Shown: positions 39,563-55,319, counted from the first letter of the stretch. The stretch: 64,000 bases of DNA from Eledone cirrhosa (GCA_964016885.1 OZ024755.1:10416001-10480000), one strand, 5' to 3'. A program made the numbers and translations. The notes: generated by a model not told the origin, from the sequence alone.

Positions 39563-39710
39563 TTTGTTTCTACTTTTGGCACAATGCCAGCAATTATTCC
39601 AGTACTGGTACTTTATTTTATCGACCCCGTAAGGATGAAAGGCAAAGTTAACCTCGGCGGGATTTGAACTCAGATCGTAAAGGGACATAACTATGCTGGA
39701 AAGCATGTAC
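39563..39710 (-). mobile_element. SINE family 1
   Basis: Reverse complement of core. Confidence 0.85.
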
Positions 39711-40624
39711 GACACTCCACCGATGAATTTACATCGATACTTCAATGACCCTACCAATCCACGAATCTATGAAATATTATTGACTGGATTTAGATCATCG
39801 TTGGAAACCGGAATATTATATTAGTGGTATAATTTACTTGTATAATTTACAAGGTATAATTTACTTGTATATAGTAAAGCCTGTACATAAATTTTGAATG
39901 AAAGAGATAAAGATGAGAAATATGATCGTCTATGGAAGCATATGATAATTTCGTGACAGAGGCATATTCATATGTTTGATTCTCCGGTATTAATTTCCAT
40001 ACAAATCTTGGACATACATTTGTGGATGTTATGATCACATAATGGTAAAGGAATTATGCGAAAACTGGAAGAAAAAAAAATTCTCCTCAATCGTGTGGCA
40101 TGTAAGTGTAGAGAATATAGAATTGAATTGTAATTGACGTCATCATAGTTTAAAGTATGTAAGGATATTAAACAGAAGTTATTAAATACGAAAGTGTCTC
40201 TGAATATATGACAGGTAATTACCGGTTTCAGGCATAACGTACAACACATGTCTATGAAATAAAACAGGAAAACGTGCTGCCATAATCTTTTGTCGCTGGT
40301 TTATATAGCTACATATGTTTGTAAGTGTATTAGAATTCATCTGCATTTGCCTACTTTTGTAGTTATGGAAACAGTTCTTCACATAATTACTGGCATAATC
40401 CATCACGAAAAAAATATGATTTCACGTTAATAAGGATTCCTATTTTATTTAGAAATGCATAGAATGATCAAAGGATGTTTTGTCAGTCATAATTAGATGG
40501 TTTGGATTATAAACTTTAGAAGATATAAGCGAACGATGCATGTAGTATATGTAAATTCAAATATGCTCCCTAAAATATTCTAACTATATCAATTAATCTC
40601 TTTCTCCCTTTCTAACCCTCATCC

Positions 40625-40832
40625 TCTCTCATTCTCTCTCATTCTTTCTCATTCTCTCTTATTCTCTCTTAATCTCTCTTATTTTCTCTCAATTTCTCTC
40701 AATCTCTCTCAATCTCTCTCATTCTCTCTTATTTTCTCTCATTCTCTCTTATTTTCTCTCATTCTCTCTTATTTTCTCTCAATCTCTCTCATTTTCTCTC
40801 AATCTCTCTCAATCTCTCTCAATCTCTCTCAC
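40625..40832. repeat. 10-bp pyrimidine-rich tandem repeat (ATTCTCTCTC)n
   Basis: About 20 copies with variants aatctctctc and attttctctc. Confidence 0.9.
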
Positions 40833-40879
40833 TCCCTCTGTCTTTCTATCTATATATCTATCTATCTATCTCCCCCTCG

Positions 40880-40916
<37 letters not shown>

Positions 40917-41429
40917 TATATATATATATATATATACATACAAACATGTATATATGCATACATATATATGTAAATAAATCATTGTAGGAAGTGCTGAACG
41001 AATTAGAATTTTAAAAGTACGTTAACTTATTCTAAGCAGGTATAATGCAGGTTACATATTCGACATGTTGTGCATTTAAAAACAAAGAAATAAAAGATTC
41101 TGGTCAGAATTGCGTGTGGGAATCTCATTCAATATTCCACATACAAAACCTTCACTAATCTCTGCAAAACAGACTCCTATAGATCAAGGTATAATAAAGT
41201 AAATCACAAATGTAACTAAAGAATTGAAATAAGCAAAGCTGAAAAAATAAGGATAGCTACAAATATAAAATATGAACATCTTACCGAAGAATCTCCATCA
41301 AGGAATTAACATTATTAAGACCGTATTACTAATGAAATACGCTGTATTTTAATTAAATAATGAAGATTTTGGAAGGACGTATTAAGATTGGTAATTGCTT
41401 CATTATTTGTTAGTGACAAATGGAATGGA

Positions 41430-41690
41430 ACTCCGTGAGTTTCGACGACGTGTATTTCAGTTGTTTGATCAAGGAAACAGTCTTGTCTACTGATGAAATT
41501 AGCGTAGTTCTCAGGGAGATTCAGTGTCACGAACTGTTTGACTAGGCTGGCCCTATGAATTTCAAGCAGTTTCCGCAACGCATTTCTACTCATAGGTCAT
41601 GGGTCGAACTCTTTATATCGTAAATAACTCTTCCTCTAGATATCATGTAGTGGGATCGAACCCGGGACCTAAATGACTTCGAAGCGAACA
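41430..41690 (-). mobile_element. SINE family 2-like, diverged
   Basis: gtagttctcagggagattcagtg (reversed tail); gggatcgaaccc (reversed B-box). Confidence 0.6.
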
Positions 41691-42555
41691 TCATACACAT
41701 TCCTTTATGATGCGTTCACATTTAGATAGTATTTGTAAGGTAACAAAACGATCATATTCTGTGTACTTTATTTTCTATAGTTTTCAGTTATTAGTCTGCA
41801 TTTATTTATCGATCTCATCGACACCGGTACTTATTTTATGGATCTTCATTTTGTCGAACGTGAATGTCTTTTATCAGGGCGCGAATGTATTTTATCAGAG
41901 ATTTTCTTAATCAGAAATTACTTAGGGTTAACCACAGCCGCCTCTTGAATCTTTCTTTGGAAACAAAGGCTGCTTCACTGAGAAATTCCTCGAAATCTTA
42001 GAAATATAGCTAAATAGAATATTGGACAATGTAACCGCAGAAGGAATGCAGTTTTGGGGGGTATTTTTGTAGGTTTGCTCGCTCACCTCTTACTGAGAGG
42101 AAAATATATACATATTATAATGTATATTATGATATATATCTCAGCATATTTGAAAATAATTTGCTTTCCTTTCGCACATCCTTCCGGTTGAATGAAAGTA
42201 CATAGAAAAAAGGCAGCATGATACATTGGATCAGTAAAGAAGAATTTAAACAGAGGATGGGAGTGAAAATAAACAGGAAGATTGTAAAAGGGAACTAAAG
42301 AGATGAGAGTCGTGTTATGGAAATGTCGTTTTGAATAGTGTAGCATAAAATGTAATGTTAATTGGCTACACGCAGTGAAGGAAAGTGAAAGAGAAGTTAT
42401 AATATTACAATCTAGTGCGGCAAGGAGGAAATACTGGGAATACACACACACTCACACATATATATGATATATGTATTAGTTGAATAAGTTCGCTCAACGA
42501 AATGCGTATCCTTGCGTTTCTCCATGTTATGTCTTTGTTGAAGTAATGAATTGAA

Positions 42556-42603
<48 letters not shown>

Positions 42604-43367
42604 ACACCCACACCCACACACCCACACCCACACACACACACACACATATATAATATATACATATATGAGAGAGAGAGATTGATGGTGAAATAGAAATAAT
42701 AGCTGCTTCTCTCATATCGCTATAATCTATCTTTATATTATTTTATACCTTTCGTTATTTTTAGTATAAAAATCAAGAAATATATATATAATTCATTTCG
42801 TTACACATACAATGGCATTACTCAGAAACATTGTTTTTCCATTTTTCCAGACGAAACGTATCTTCGATGATAAATCAAAATGAATGTGAGAATGAAAAAC
42901 TATACATGGGAATATTTTTAACAAAGAAAATAGATGCTTGAAAGATGTAAGGTTATTTCATTCATTTAAATGTAGGCAGGGCTTTGATATGTGATAAATT
43001 ATTTCATCTGCAGCCACACATTTATAGATTTAGTCCCCTAGCCTAGCACCTAGCCTAGCAACATTTTTCTACTACAGCCACGAGACAACAAATGCTTTGT
43101 GACTGAAGCGCGGTAGACGGAGCTTCAGAAGCTCGTAGTTAAGTGTGAGGTTAACCTCAGTGGGTGTCTATATAATTGATCGGATTTGTAGGGGGTTATG
43201 GGTCGGTGGTAGTTTGTAATGGTTGTGTTATTTATTATGCGTTGTAGTTGCTGCTGAGTAATATAGAAACTATTTAACACAACTCCTATAATGGTGCCAC
43301 CCGTATCCCCCATATCAACAATTGGAGCATGCTGATTGTTGGTTGGCGCAGAGAGCCGGAGTATGAT

Positions 43368-43674
<307 letters not shown>

Positions 43675-44186
43675 TACACACACCACACACACACACGTGA
43701 GTGTATGGAGGTGTGCAGATGTATGTGTATGTATGTTGAACCAAACTCTATTTCTAAGACGATTGATACATATGACAGAAAAACTGTTACTGAGCATTCC
43801 AGCGAAATATGCACACATATCATAGTTCTCAGGGTGATGCAGCATAAGGCATTGTGTGAGAAAGCTGGTAATTTGAAGTATAAGGACAGCTCCGATTTAC
43901 CAGCAAAGTGGATTTGAGTAACTTGAAATAATGTTTGGCTCAACGTTGCAGCCTGCCTCCAGGGATTGAACTTGCGATCGTCTGCTGAACACGGAAATCA
44001 TTAAGGCACATGTTTGTATTACTATATGGTACCAACTTATTTAATTCAACTCACAATTGCAGAATAAATAAATATCTGCAGTTACAAACCATATATAGAC
44101 ACACACAGACACATATAGATGTATGCACACACATACACACACACATACTGACACACTGACTCGTACACATGTGGGCACATGGACTC

Positions 44187-44253
<67 letters not shown>

Positions 44254-44254
<1 letters not shown>

Positions 44255-44445
44255 GGAACATGTTTAACCCCGACGGCAGAGCTCAAGCCGTTTCGACGGC
44301 TATTTCCGTCCAGAAATAGCCGTCGGAACAGCTTGAGCTCTGCCGTATGGGTTAAACATTTTCCTATTACCCACTCTACTACCCTAAGTATTAAGTACTC
44401 TGGTGCGTTATGGTTCATCTGGTTCCTTACCACACCTCCTTCGTT
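44254..44445 (+). mobile_element. Fold-back PLE-like element family A with longer (~50-bp) arms
   Basis: Arms over 44254-44365 including aaatagccgtcGAAAC on the minus strand; family A tail. Confidence 0.85.
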
Positions 44446-45414
44446 ATATATCGTTATATATATATATATCTGTCTCTCTCTCGCTATCTTTTTCACCCAC
44501 CCCTCTCACCTCTTTCTCCACACACTCACTTTCTCTTGATTTAACGTAGTCAGTAATTTACGAAGAATAAAAATCCAACAAACAAATAAGACATAAAATA
44601 TACATAAAATAAAATAGATTATCCCCGTAGAAAATGTCTTAAGATTTACTGTGTAGGCAACTCTTTCTTTAATAGAACGAAGGAAATGTCGGTGCGCCAG
44701 TTAATATAAAAGGAAGTCTCTTTGTTTACGATTCATCTCTGGACAGGAAAACCGGCTCTAATAACTAAGCAATTCGTTTTAATACCTGCATAATGACGAC
44801 AGCAGTAATTCATCTTTGTAAATGCTAACTGAATTGTTAGTAGTTATCATGGGATTTTGAGCAAAATCGAGATAAATGGAATAACAAATCTATTTACTAT
44901 CTCCATAATTATACATACCAGTTAAACCAATAGCAAGCTGCAGGAAACAGTTACTAATGTTAAAGTATTCCAAAGTATCTTTCCTCTTTGTATATCTTCT
45001 GCAAATTCCGAAATCTCTTTAGCAACATTTCTCTTGATAATACCAAAGATTTTCCGTCAGTAATGGTAAGTATGAAGCATATATTTCTGACCGGGAAAAA
45101 GAGAGGGGTAGTGTATGTGTGGTTCTGTGTTTGTATGTATGGTCTCTGTGTTTGTATGTATGTATGTATGTGTTTGTGTGCATGTGTGTGAGATGTTATG
45201 GAGAAATATTGATTTTTGACACGAGCACAAGATCAGATTGAATCTAAGTGAAAAAATTGTGTGATAAGAGATATGTATGATTTTTTCAATGTAAATGCAA
45301 GGGAAGTGAACCAATTACAATTGGGAAAGAAATATCTCTCTAAGCATTTACTTCCTATCTGATGTTCTTCGTTATAAAGGAAAGTATCAAGAAAATATAC
45401 AAGATGGGGGAAGC

Positions 45415-45635
45415 AGCGGAAAGATGCTCTTGTTTATAGAACAGTAGAGAAGAAATAAGCTGGAATTTAAGAACAGATAGGCAGTGATTTAACCACTGTT
45501 GCTGACCCAACAACGGCATGGCGTTACGATTAAGGGTTGAAACACCCAATGAATGTTGGACACCACCTGATGATATCAACTCATCCTGGTCAATGCTACA
45601 TTTACTGAAGGTCAATAAATGTGAAGCATCATGTT
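45415..45635 (+). pseudogene. Possible decayed fragment of a transposon-like protein with a C-terminal Cys-rich region
   Basis: Broken frames read KDALVY, AGI, DPTTAW and CWTPPDDINSSWSMLHLLKVNKCEASC, loosely like the 'AL..H..RA.YQA..W...GW...WT.LP....LIKC.CK' motif recalled from invertebrate repeats; not verified. Confidence 0.3.
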
Positions 45636-46424
45636 AAGCATCATCATTAAGATGCTTCACATCATATGTTCCTTAAATCCCATACCTCTGCTTCACGCCA
45701 GAAGGTTACATGGCATGATTTTGTTCTCCATGCACTCTATCTGAAAATGTTTCGAGATGGCCACATCTGGAAGTCCTATGAACATAGTTTTGCTTTATAT
45801 GTACAGAAATGTGACTAGATAACAATAACAGCAACTTAAACATTTCTTATTTATTCCTTCTTAAAATACATAGCTAATGTTACTAATGAAGAAGAAATCA
45901 ATATTAAAATTGTATAGATTGACAGTAAAATTAGATGTAATTTAGGAGTGAAGCAAGACTGTCTCCTGTTTTGATTTATACTTGAAGCAATTCTAATTAA
46001 TTTTCCTCCACCAGGAAAATATATTTGGGTTAGAACCACTAAATATAGCCCCCGCACTTTCCTTCGGTTCAATTCCATTCTGTGGCTCTACTATAGCGTC
46101 GAGAGCCGAATGCCTTATGAATGAAATTTTGCCAATAATAGATCAATGTAATAAGCACCAGATTGATAAAAAACAAATTAACAGTGTAATAGTCTCGATA
46201 AGATTGTCCAAATCTCTTCAGGACAGAGCCCCAGCATGACCGCAGTAAATACTTGAAACCAATAAAATACTAAAATAGCAGTGAAACTATCGTTATTGGG
46301 GTAACCATGATTACTGTTTTTCATTACCTTGTTATTTCGCGTTCAAATACCATCAGGGTGGGCATTTCTTTTATTCTCCTTAGATCACTAAAATTGCAAT
46401 AACTAATATAGTATGTATGATCAC

Positions 46425-46720
46425 GTAATTCCTGAGGGTTTCGTAGGGGCACCATATTTAGATACAGCGTTTCTAGGGCATTTTAAAACCTGGCTGAGCC
46501 CATCTACTTCCCATCAGATTTCTTCCAGATAAGGATAAAAGTGAAAGAATGGAAGTGAGAAAGAGATATAGATGAAAAATTGATCCCAGTACTACACTGA
46601 TACTTTTTATCGACCTTGCCTGGATAAAAGGTAAAGTTGATCTCGACAGGATCTGAACTCAGAAAGCCAGAAGGACTACCTCAAAGCATTCTATCCGTCG
46701 TTGTTACGACTTAGACAAAT
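46425..46720 (-). mobile_element. SINE family 3
   Basis: cctgagggtttcgtaggggcacc...cagatttcttcca...tttatcgacc. Confidence 0.7.
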
Positions 46721-47000
46721 TGCTGCTTATCTAATGTAGTAGTATCAGTTAATTGAGCTACACCCCTACATAATCCACTATAATCATGGTTTGATTCTAG
46801 TGAATGTGCGTGATTTAGTGTAATTAAAGTCATACGCTTCGTCACATTTTGTCACGTTGAATCTACTTCAAAATTATGTAAAGTGTACTCGTGTGTGTAG
46901 AGTATGCAGCTACTTGCACACTAATATTTAACGAATACTTCCTTCAATTGGCCACACTGTTGGAACAAACCCAGTTGAAATCAACCTAGTTCCATTTTTC

Positions 47001-47065
<65 letters not shown>

Positions 47066-47634
47066 TCTCAACTACTTCCGCGAATATGTTCTCATGTTAT
47101 GGTCGAAAAAGTAATACAAATCAACTTTTTCAGAAACCATATTAATATAGATCTAATTTGCACAATATCGATTGCTAATAGTGTTGTTTTTAAACATACG
47201 CGCTATATGTTTTAACCTGAAAAATTACCAAATTATAAACATTTCTTGCCAACGCGAAAAGGCATCACACAATATAAGGCAGAAAATTCCAACTCACTAC
47301 TACTGTCATTCTTTTCTTGAGTTTACTCATCCGCTAAAACATCGACATAAATAACTACTTCTATTGACGGGTCTAGAATATATATGATGTTTAATAATGT
47401 GGCTAGTTAAGGAAGCAATTGACCGCGTAAGATGCGAATTTTAATAATGCGGCTGGTTGAAGAGGCAGTAAACCGCTTAAGTTGCGGATCAGTTTTAATC
47501 ATTAACACTTATAAATGAAATAAGCAGTAAACATTCACCAACAAATAGTGCTATGATGTAAATTATCAGAAATCATCATCATATCATTGGTTCCTAACGT
47601 TAGATAGTATGTTATATCGTTGTTGTTGGACATA

Positions 47635-47880
47635 ATACGGTTCCGACGACGAGCATTCCAGTTTTTAGATTAACGGAACATCCTGCATGCGAAATCCCCC
47701 TGTTAATGGCTGATATTTCCACAGACACCTGTATCCTTAACATATTTCTAAGTTAGAATCATCGTGATGCATGAAGTGAACTGGAACTACGTGAAATATA
47801 GTGTCTTTCCCAAAGATACGTCGCGTTACCGACCTTATACCCTTATGATTGCAAGCCGCAAACCTTAACCACTAATCCAC
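47635..47880 (-). mobile_element. SINE family 2-like, highly diverged
   Basis: gttccgacgacgagcattccagt...ttccacagacacctgtatccttaac (reversed tail); ccttaaccacta (reversed head). Confidence 0.55.
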
Positions 47881-50524
47881 ATGACATCACTATATATTAT
47901 ATAGATATTTTGAAAGACACGTCCTCGTCAAAAGACACCTCGATATACTATTCCCCCATTTGAATCTGACAGATATTCAATGCATTAATATATACACACG
48001 AAACTCTGTTAAATATTTCCCCCATAAAGTCAACTTTTGAAACGAGATTATTCATTTCTCACATGCAATGCCAGTTTACATGATACGATCTTACGTGACG
48101 GCTGCTAAATTATTTTCGTAATAACGATGATATGCTTAGCTGTGATGTGGTAACATCGTGTCAGTACGATGGTTGATCTCGAAACATATGTCACTTTGAA
48201 ATAGAATGTTACTTGAAAATTATAAAATATTTTGCCTTTTGGAAAGCAATAAACGAGTATTATAAATGCGAGTAAGATTTATGACTTCAGTTAGACAATT
48301 TATAAGATGACAGATGCTAACGAACATTTATAAGAAACGACAAACGTTAGAGAAAATTTAATTAAAATTCAATTACTTTCACAGGATGTTTCGGAAACTA
48401 ATGAAAACAATTTTTCAGTTCATGTGTAATTATGTTCAAAGATCTTCTTGATAGAAATGTTGTATCGATTGTTGGTCAAGTGGGCAAATATCTCCTTATT
48501 TGATATAGGAAGTCCGTTTTTGAAAGTCGATAAGTAAGTTAATTTCTCTATTTTTAAACACATCCTGGATATCGGCTTTTTCTTTCCTGCTGATTAATAA
48601 TTACAAAGAATCTATTTCTGACAAGTTCACAGACAATATATTGTGAGCCCTCCTTTAGAAAAGGAATCTTAATATTAATTATTTTCGCTGTGGTTGTATG
48701 ATAAAATATGAGATGGGCAGATTGACAATTTAACTATGCTGGTGCCTATAAACACCCCTGTCTAATAGTTAAGATGTTTGACACCTCTCATTCGCAAGCT
48801 CAATATGTTGTGAAGAAGAAAAATAAACGATGTATTTATCGTTTACCCACTAAGGCCAATTATAGGAAACTGTAGAAAAGATAGAATTACATTATTACCT
48901 AGAATAGAACTTAAAAGCAGGAGACAGTAATCTATAATGTGGTGGTCTCAATAATAATTTCTAACAATGGACGAAAACTATATAAACCTCAATGGATACT
49001 GTTATCTTAATGATGAATATATTTTGAATAAATCTCCGAGGAAATTATAATACCTTGATACACACCCGCAGAAAATCACTGTAAGTGCCAAAACGATCTC
49101 TAATAGAAAGAATAACAGATATTATAAAATAGAAATCTAGTTACGAAGAGAGAGTTTCATCAACGTATAATGAATAAAATAATTAATTATCTGCTGTATT
49201 ATATTATAATTGTGGAACAAGATTTGGTACAGCCGTTAGACCGTTTGATATTTGTTTCGGCTCTCTGCCCGCAAGCTTTGAAGCCCATCAAGTTCTTCTT
49301 CCCCTTCACCTTTCCAGTGTAGATAAAGTAGCGTCTCAATGCTAGTGCCTCACAGACACAACGCCAGAAACAGGTGTTACAGAAATCTAAAAAGAAACGA
49401 CTGACCTAAGACACAGTGAATATTGATAGATAGAATAGTTCATACAGAGAGGAAAGTTAAGAAATATCATTTAGATGTGGTTGTAAAATATGGTATAGAA
49501 ATATTTCCTAAGAGATGTATCACTTTCAACAGACTACAATATATATCTAAACGAAATGGAGAAACCATCCAAATATAAATAATTGGTAACAGAGATAGAT
49601 AGATTGTGGGTGCTGAAGACAGATATAATCTCCATAATAAAAGTTGCCTTCGGAAATATTAACAACGAAATTTCTTCCATATATATTAATGTTAAGCAAT
49701 GGCCAAATATTAAGATATAATTTAGAAACACGTATTTAAATTTCGTAATGTATCCACCATCTCGCGGCTGTTATATCTGTAATAATATTGATATTATTAA
49801 GCCGAAATATATTTCTATGTTTATCGTGTAGGTGTGTGATAATGTGAGTTCTAAATGTTTACAGTTTAGAATAGAAACGATGTCACGGAACTGCGTTTGA
49901 CCTAGGGACGTTCTAGGGACGATATCCAAGTAATGCTTGTCAAGATAGTCCCATTTATTATCTGTGTAAGGTAATACATCAAAGTTATCACGATCCAAAA
50001 ATCAACAAATATCAAAAGTACTATAAAATATACAAAAAAAAAAAATTACTAGCAGCAAGCAGTTGAATAATGAAAGGTTTTGAACATTATTCAACGCTTC
50101 TAATACTGTTTGATAACATGGTGGAGTTTCTGCAGATTTAAAGGTCGAACGGTCAAATCCTGATGGAAAGAAATATATCCTTTGAGCGGACACGCGAACA
50201 TAGACACACGCAAACACAAACATACACACACTTGCACATACAGATATATCTGTGTATGTATATAGGTATATACATACATATATATATATGGCTGTATATA
50301 TACGTATACACACGCACACACATATTTATATATATATATGAACGAATAAGATAGTGTAAAGTAGTTAATTAATCAATTGTTTTACGTTCGTTTCAAAGAG
50401 CAATCGATTGCAGTTAAGCAACTCGAAAAGCACACATATTCTACCGCCTATTCTCAGAAACAACATATATATATATTTTTTTTGGGGGGGGGGGGGGGGT
50501 CATGTGTACTTCCTATGCAAGTAC

Positions 50525-50710
50525 ATAATTGTTTCTACTTTTGGCACAATGCCAGCACATACCCAGTGAATTACTGGTACTTTATTTTATCGACCCCGTA
50601 AGTATGAAAGGCAAAGTTAACCTCGGCAGCATTTGAACTCACAATGGCAAGGCCCATAACTCTATGCGCCAAAGCAAAGCGTCCGACTCTCTAGCGATAC
50701 TGCCAATCCA
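50525..50710 (-). mobile_element. SINE family 1
   Basis: Reverse complement of 10225-10410. Confidence 0.8.
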
Positions 50711-51999
50711 ATGCCTGTACATAATATCCCCAGAAGTGTACTCATCTACTGCCGTATAGTGTAGGGTCTCCATATAGCGAAGATCTAAGGGAAAACCCAA
50801 AATAATCGAGAAGGAAAAATATTTGCTAGGGAATTCCAATCCACCTTTCAATCCGCTTCTCTAGGTTTTACAACATACACCAAGCTTAACATGACTTAAC
50901 TTTTCCGGAAGTGGTTACAGCTAGCAACGTAATGAAGCTAGCAATGCGTAAACAACTTTTACAAGTAGCCTCTTCAAATTTCCACAAGGTTCTGTAAAGA
51001 ACCGTAGCTAAATAACTATGTTTCAGGATATATAATATACGTGTGCATATATTTTCGGTGTGTATGCATGCATATATCTGTGTGTATTTATGCATGCATG
51101 TGTGTGAGTGTGTCTGTGTGTATGAGTATTTGTGTGTGTGTTTATACGAGTTGTATATCTATTTGTGTATGTCATTTTACATATGCGTATATATCCACTT
51201 TCCCCAAAAACACACGAATAGCCAAACACATTAATCAGTATTATTGTAAAATATGTCACATGTCGTGAGCAAACCAGCAGTACAGGATTGGGATTTGTGT
51301 TTCATTAATGTGTTGTAATGTTATATATATTATATGTAGATGTAAAAAGGAAACACATCAGGAATGTATTTCTCATAAACTATCGTGGTTTACATGGAAC
51401 TAAGTAGACTTAAGTGATGATCTGAAGAATGTTATATCTTGCTATAGAATTATGAGGTAAACGTGGAATAATTCTTCTTTCACAAACTTCATTGTTGTTG
51501 TTGATGTTACATTACTTGATCGACCCTGTTCGATCAAACATCCTTCTAGTGACTCATATCACCTCCTTTGTATATCTTCGAATAACAACATGTCTTTCCG
51601 TTTTGAACGCAATTACGACTGTTTGAGGAAGCAGGTTGTATATTTCGTATTTCTAATACCAAACTTCATTCAAGTGAGGCAGGGACTTAACGCGTAAGTG
51701 ACGGAGTATTCCAAAAGTACAAGAACCCATAACGTAATTTCTCCGGCAGATTCAGCCTAACCATGTATGTGACATGGCTGGCCATTCAGACCATTGGTCG
51801 GGCTTCCAAACAACCTGTTTACCTAATTTGACTCACTAGGTATAGGCCAACCCAAGGTTATGGTAATTGAAAGCTTCCCCAAATCTCACATACTAGGACC
51901 GAACCCCAGATCTAACAATGGAAAAGTTAACTTTTTACCCTTCAGCCGTGTTACCGTTGCAACGCATATCTAGTGTATTGTATACATGCATTATCCCGT

Positions 52000-52210
52000 A
52001 TTACCTGAGGGAATCGTAGGGTCATCGTATTGATATGGCGTTTCTAGGGCACATCAAAAACCTGGCAGAGCTCATCCCTTTCCAGGTTTGAACACAACAG
52101 ATTTCTTCCAGAGAAGGATAGAGAGAATGAGAGGATGGAAGTGAAAAAGCTTTATAGAGAAAGCACCAACCCTAGTACTAGATTGGTACTTTTTTTATCA
52201 ACCTCGAAAG
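52000..52210 (-). mobile_element. SINE family 3
   Basis: cctgaggggaatcgtaggg...cagatttcttccagagaagga. Confidence 0.7.
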
Positions 52211-53074
52211 GACATCAACTTAAAGAGCAGAAAACGGAAATGTGTACCTATACCACAAAGACAAAGCATTCTATACTTAGTGTATTCTATACTTAGAACT
52301 AAAACTCTACCCTTCTGTTTTCAAGGTGAATCGGAATTATTTCTAGCTGCGTGAAAGTTTCCTATTGTTACGCTTTATCTTCGTATTTTACGTTTGAGGA
52401 CAACGAATATACCATTTGCCATTCTGATAAATTGCAGAAGGAATGTCACAATACATATTCGTATGAAGAAGTTTTATAACAGATATACGTTATATGAGTT
52501 TATAATGATGTGGCCTGAGGCAATATCTGATTTAATGAAGAACCAGAGATTATCACTGATGGAGCTCCTTGGCTAAAGGTGATTGGACAGCTTTGAATGC
52601 ACAATATCTATTATGTTATGAACTGAACCTTGTGGAAGAGGAAATTAACACTGTAGTAGTAGTAGTAGTAGTAGCGGTGGTAGTAGTGCTATTAGTGGTA
52701 GCAGACAAGCAAGAAAATGAAAGAGAAGGAAGCGAAGGAAAAAAGAAGTGACTGAAGTTGAAGCTGCATTGAATGTTCGTCTTGATGTTGTTCGATTCTA
52801 GTTTACAATATTGTACACTGCCTTATCTGTAATGGCTTTTAGGGATTTGTCTCCTACTATGTTGTGATTGCTGTATTGGCTCTTATGTCAATAATGTTTA
52901 TATTATTGTTGTTGAACAGAAATGATGATTTGTAGACATTGTTGATGTTATTGCTGATGTTCTTGTCGAAATGGGAAGTCACTATATATTATACCCAAAC
53001 TACCATCCATGTAGTTTCAACATTAAAGTTTATGATTGTCTCGTTATCTTCTGACAAGGTCGTCTGTGAAGTAT

Positions 53075-53085
53075 ATTATATATAT

Positions 53086-53139
<54 letters not shown>

Positions 53140-53887
53140 GTATATATTATATATATATGTATATTATATATATATATATGTATATTATATATATATATAT
53201 GTATATTATATATATATGTATATATATATGTATATATATGTATATATATATGTATATATATATATGTATATATATGTATATATATATGTATATATATATG
53301 TATATATATATGTATATATATATATGTATATATATGTATATATATATATGTATATATATGTATATATATATATGTATATATATGTATATATATATATGTA
53401 TATATATATATGTATATATATGTATATGTATATATATGTATATATATATATATATATGTATACATGTATATGTATATATATATGTATATATATATGTATA
53501 TATATATGTATATATATATGTATATATATATGTATATATATATGTATATATATATGTATATATATATGTATATATGTATATATATATGTATATATATATG
53601 TATATATGTATATATATATGTATATATATATGTATATATATATGTATATATGTATATATATATGTATATATGTATGTATATATGTATGTATATATGTATA
53701 TATGTATGTATATATGTATGTATATATGTATGTATATATGTATATATGTATATATGTATATATGTATGTATATATATATATATGTATGTATATATGTATA
53801 TATGTATGTATATATGTATATATGTATGTATATATGTATGTATATATGTATGTATATATGTATCTATATATGTATATATATATGTAT
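53075..53887. repeat. Compound (TA)n/(TATG)n microsatellite
   Basis: Direct inspection. Confidence 0.95.
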
Positions 53888-54494
53888 GTCAGGTCACCAG
53901 TTGGTGCTACTGGTAACATGTATCCCAGTACAACCTGACCCATGGTCGGGTCGTTGGCGACTAAACTGGCAACCCCACCAAGGTTTCTTGGTGAGGAGGG
54001 TGACTTTGGACATCCTGCAGGACTAAAAACAAGACCTGTCAAAGGGCAAAGGAGCTCTTAAGAGTCAATGGCCATCCAAAATCACCGGGAGAGATGACCC
54101 TTTAGCCTTTGTCAAGGCAGAATTCTAGGAGAAGGAAAACTCTGATATAACACCTGCAACTCCGATGGTATCCAATGATGTTGACTTGTTCTTCTTTTTG
54201 GTAAATATCATCTTGGTTAAGAGAGTGGGACTGGCTTTGTGCAGTGCCTTTGCTCACTATAAAAGCTTCACGGCACAGGCATTGCTTTATATCTGGAGAT
54301 CTCTCTGCACTTGTCGTCACAGGGTACCATGGGCCCAGCACTATGTGTCAATATTTGTCACAAGTGTAGTGTTTGTACCAGAGTTTTCAAGTCGCTGGCT
54401 GGACTAAAAGTCACACTCGTTCAGCGCATCGGTAGGGGTTCTCCTATATGGATATAAAGTAGTGGCCGTACTCGAAAACGAGTTGGCAGCCACC
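53888..54494 (+). mobile_element. Bipartite RTE-derived element, longest copy
   Basis: Nearly identical to 19132-19686, with ~50 extra 5' bases. Confidence 0.85.
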
Positions 54495-54657
54495 ATATAT
54501 GTATGTATATATGTATATATATATGTATGTATATATGTATATATATATGTATGTATATATGTATATATATATGTATGTATATATGTATATATATATGTAT
54601 GTATATATGTATATATATATGTATGTATATATGTATATATATATGTATGTATATATG

Positions 54658-54692
<35 letters not shown>

Positions 54693-55158
54693 GTATGTAT
54701 ATATGTATATATATATGTATATATATATGTATATATATATGTATATATATATGTATATATATATGTATATATATATATGTATATATATGTATATGTATAT
54801 ATATATATGTATATATATATATGTATATATATATATGTATATATATATATGTATATATATATATGTATATATATATATGTATATATGTATATATATATAT
54901 GTATATATATATATGTATATATATGTATGTATATATATGTATATATATATATGTATGTATATATATGTATATATATATATGTATATATATATATGTATAT
55001 ATATATATGTATATATATATATGTATATATATATATGTATATATATATATGTATATATATATATGTATATATATATATGTATATATATATATGTATATAT
55101 ATATATGTATATATATATATGTATATATATATGTATATATATGTATATATATATATGT

Positions 55159-55199
<41 letters not shown>

Positions 55200-55281
55200 T
55201 ATGTGTATATATATATATGTGTATATATATATATGTATATATATATATATGTATATATATATATGTATATATATATATATG

Positions 55282-55319
<38 letters not shown>

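Noticed and set aside
39826-39871. 19-bp direct repeat (similar short duplications near 47390, 52266 and 18976/19085)
   Set aside because: Ordinary slippage duplications
41285-41342. Minus-strand AG...GTAAG exon candidate
   Set aside because: Stops in all three frames; no support as a coding exon
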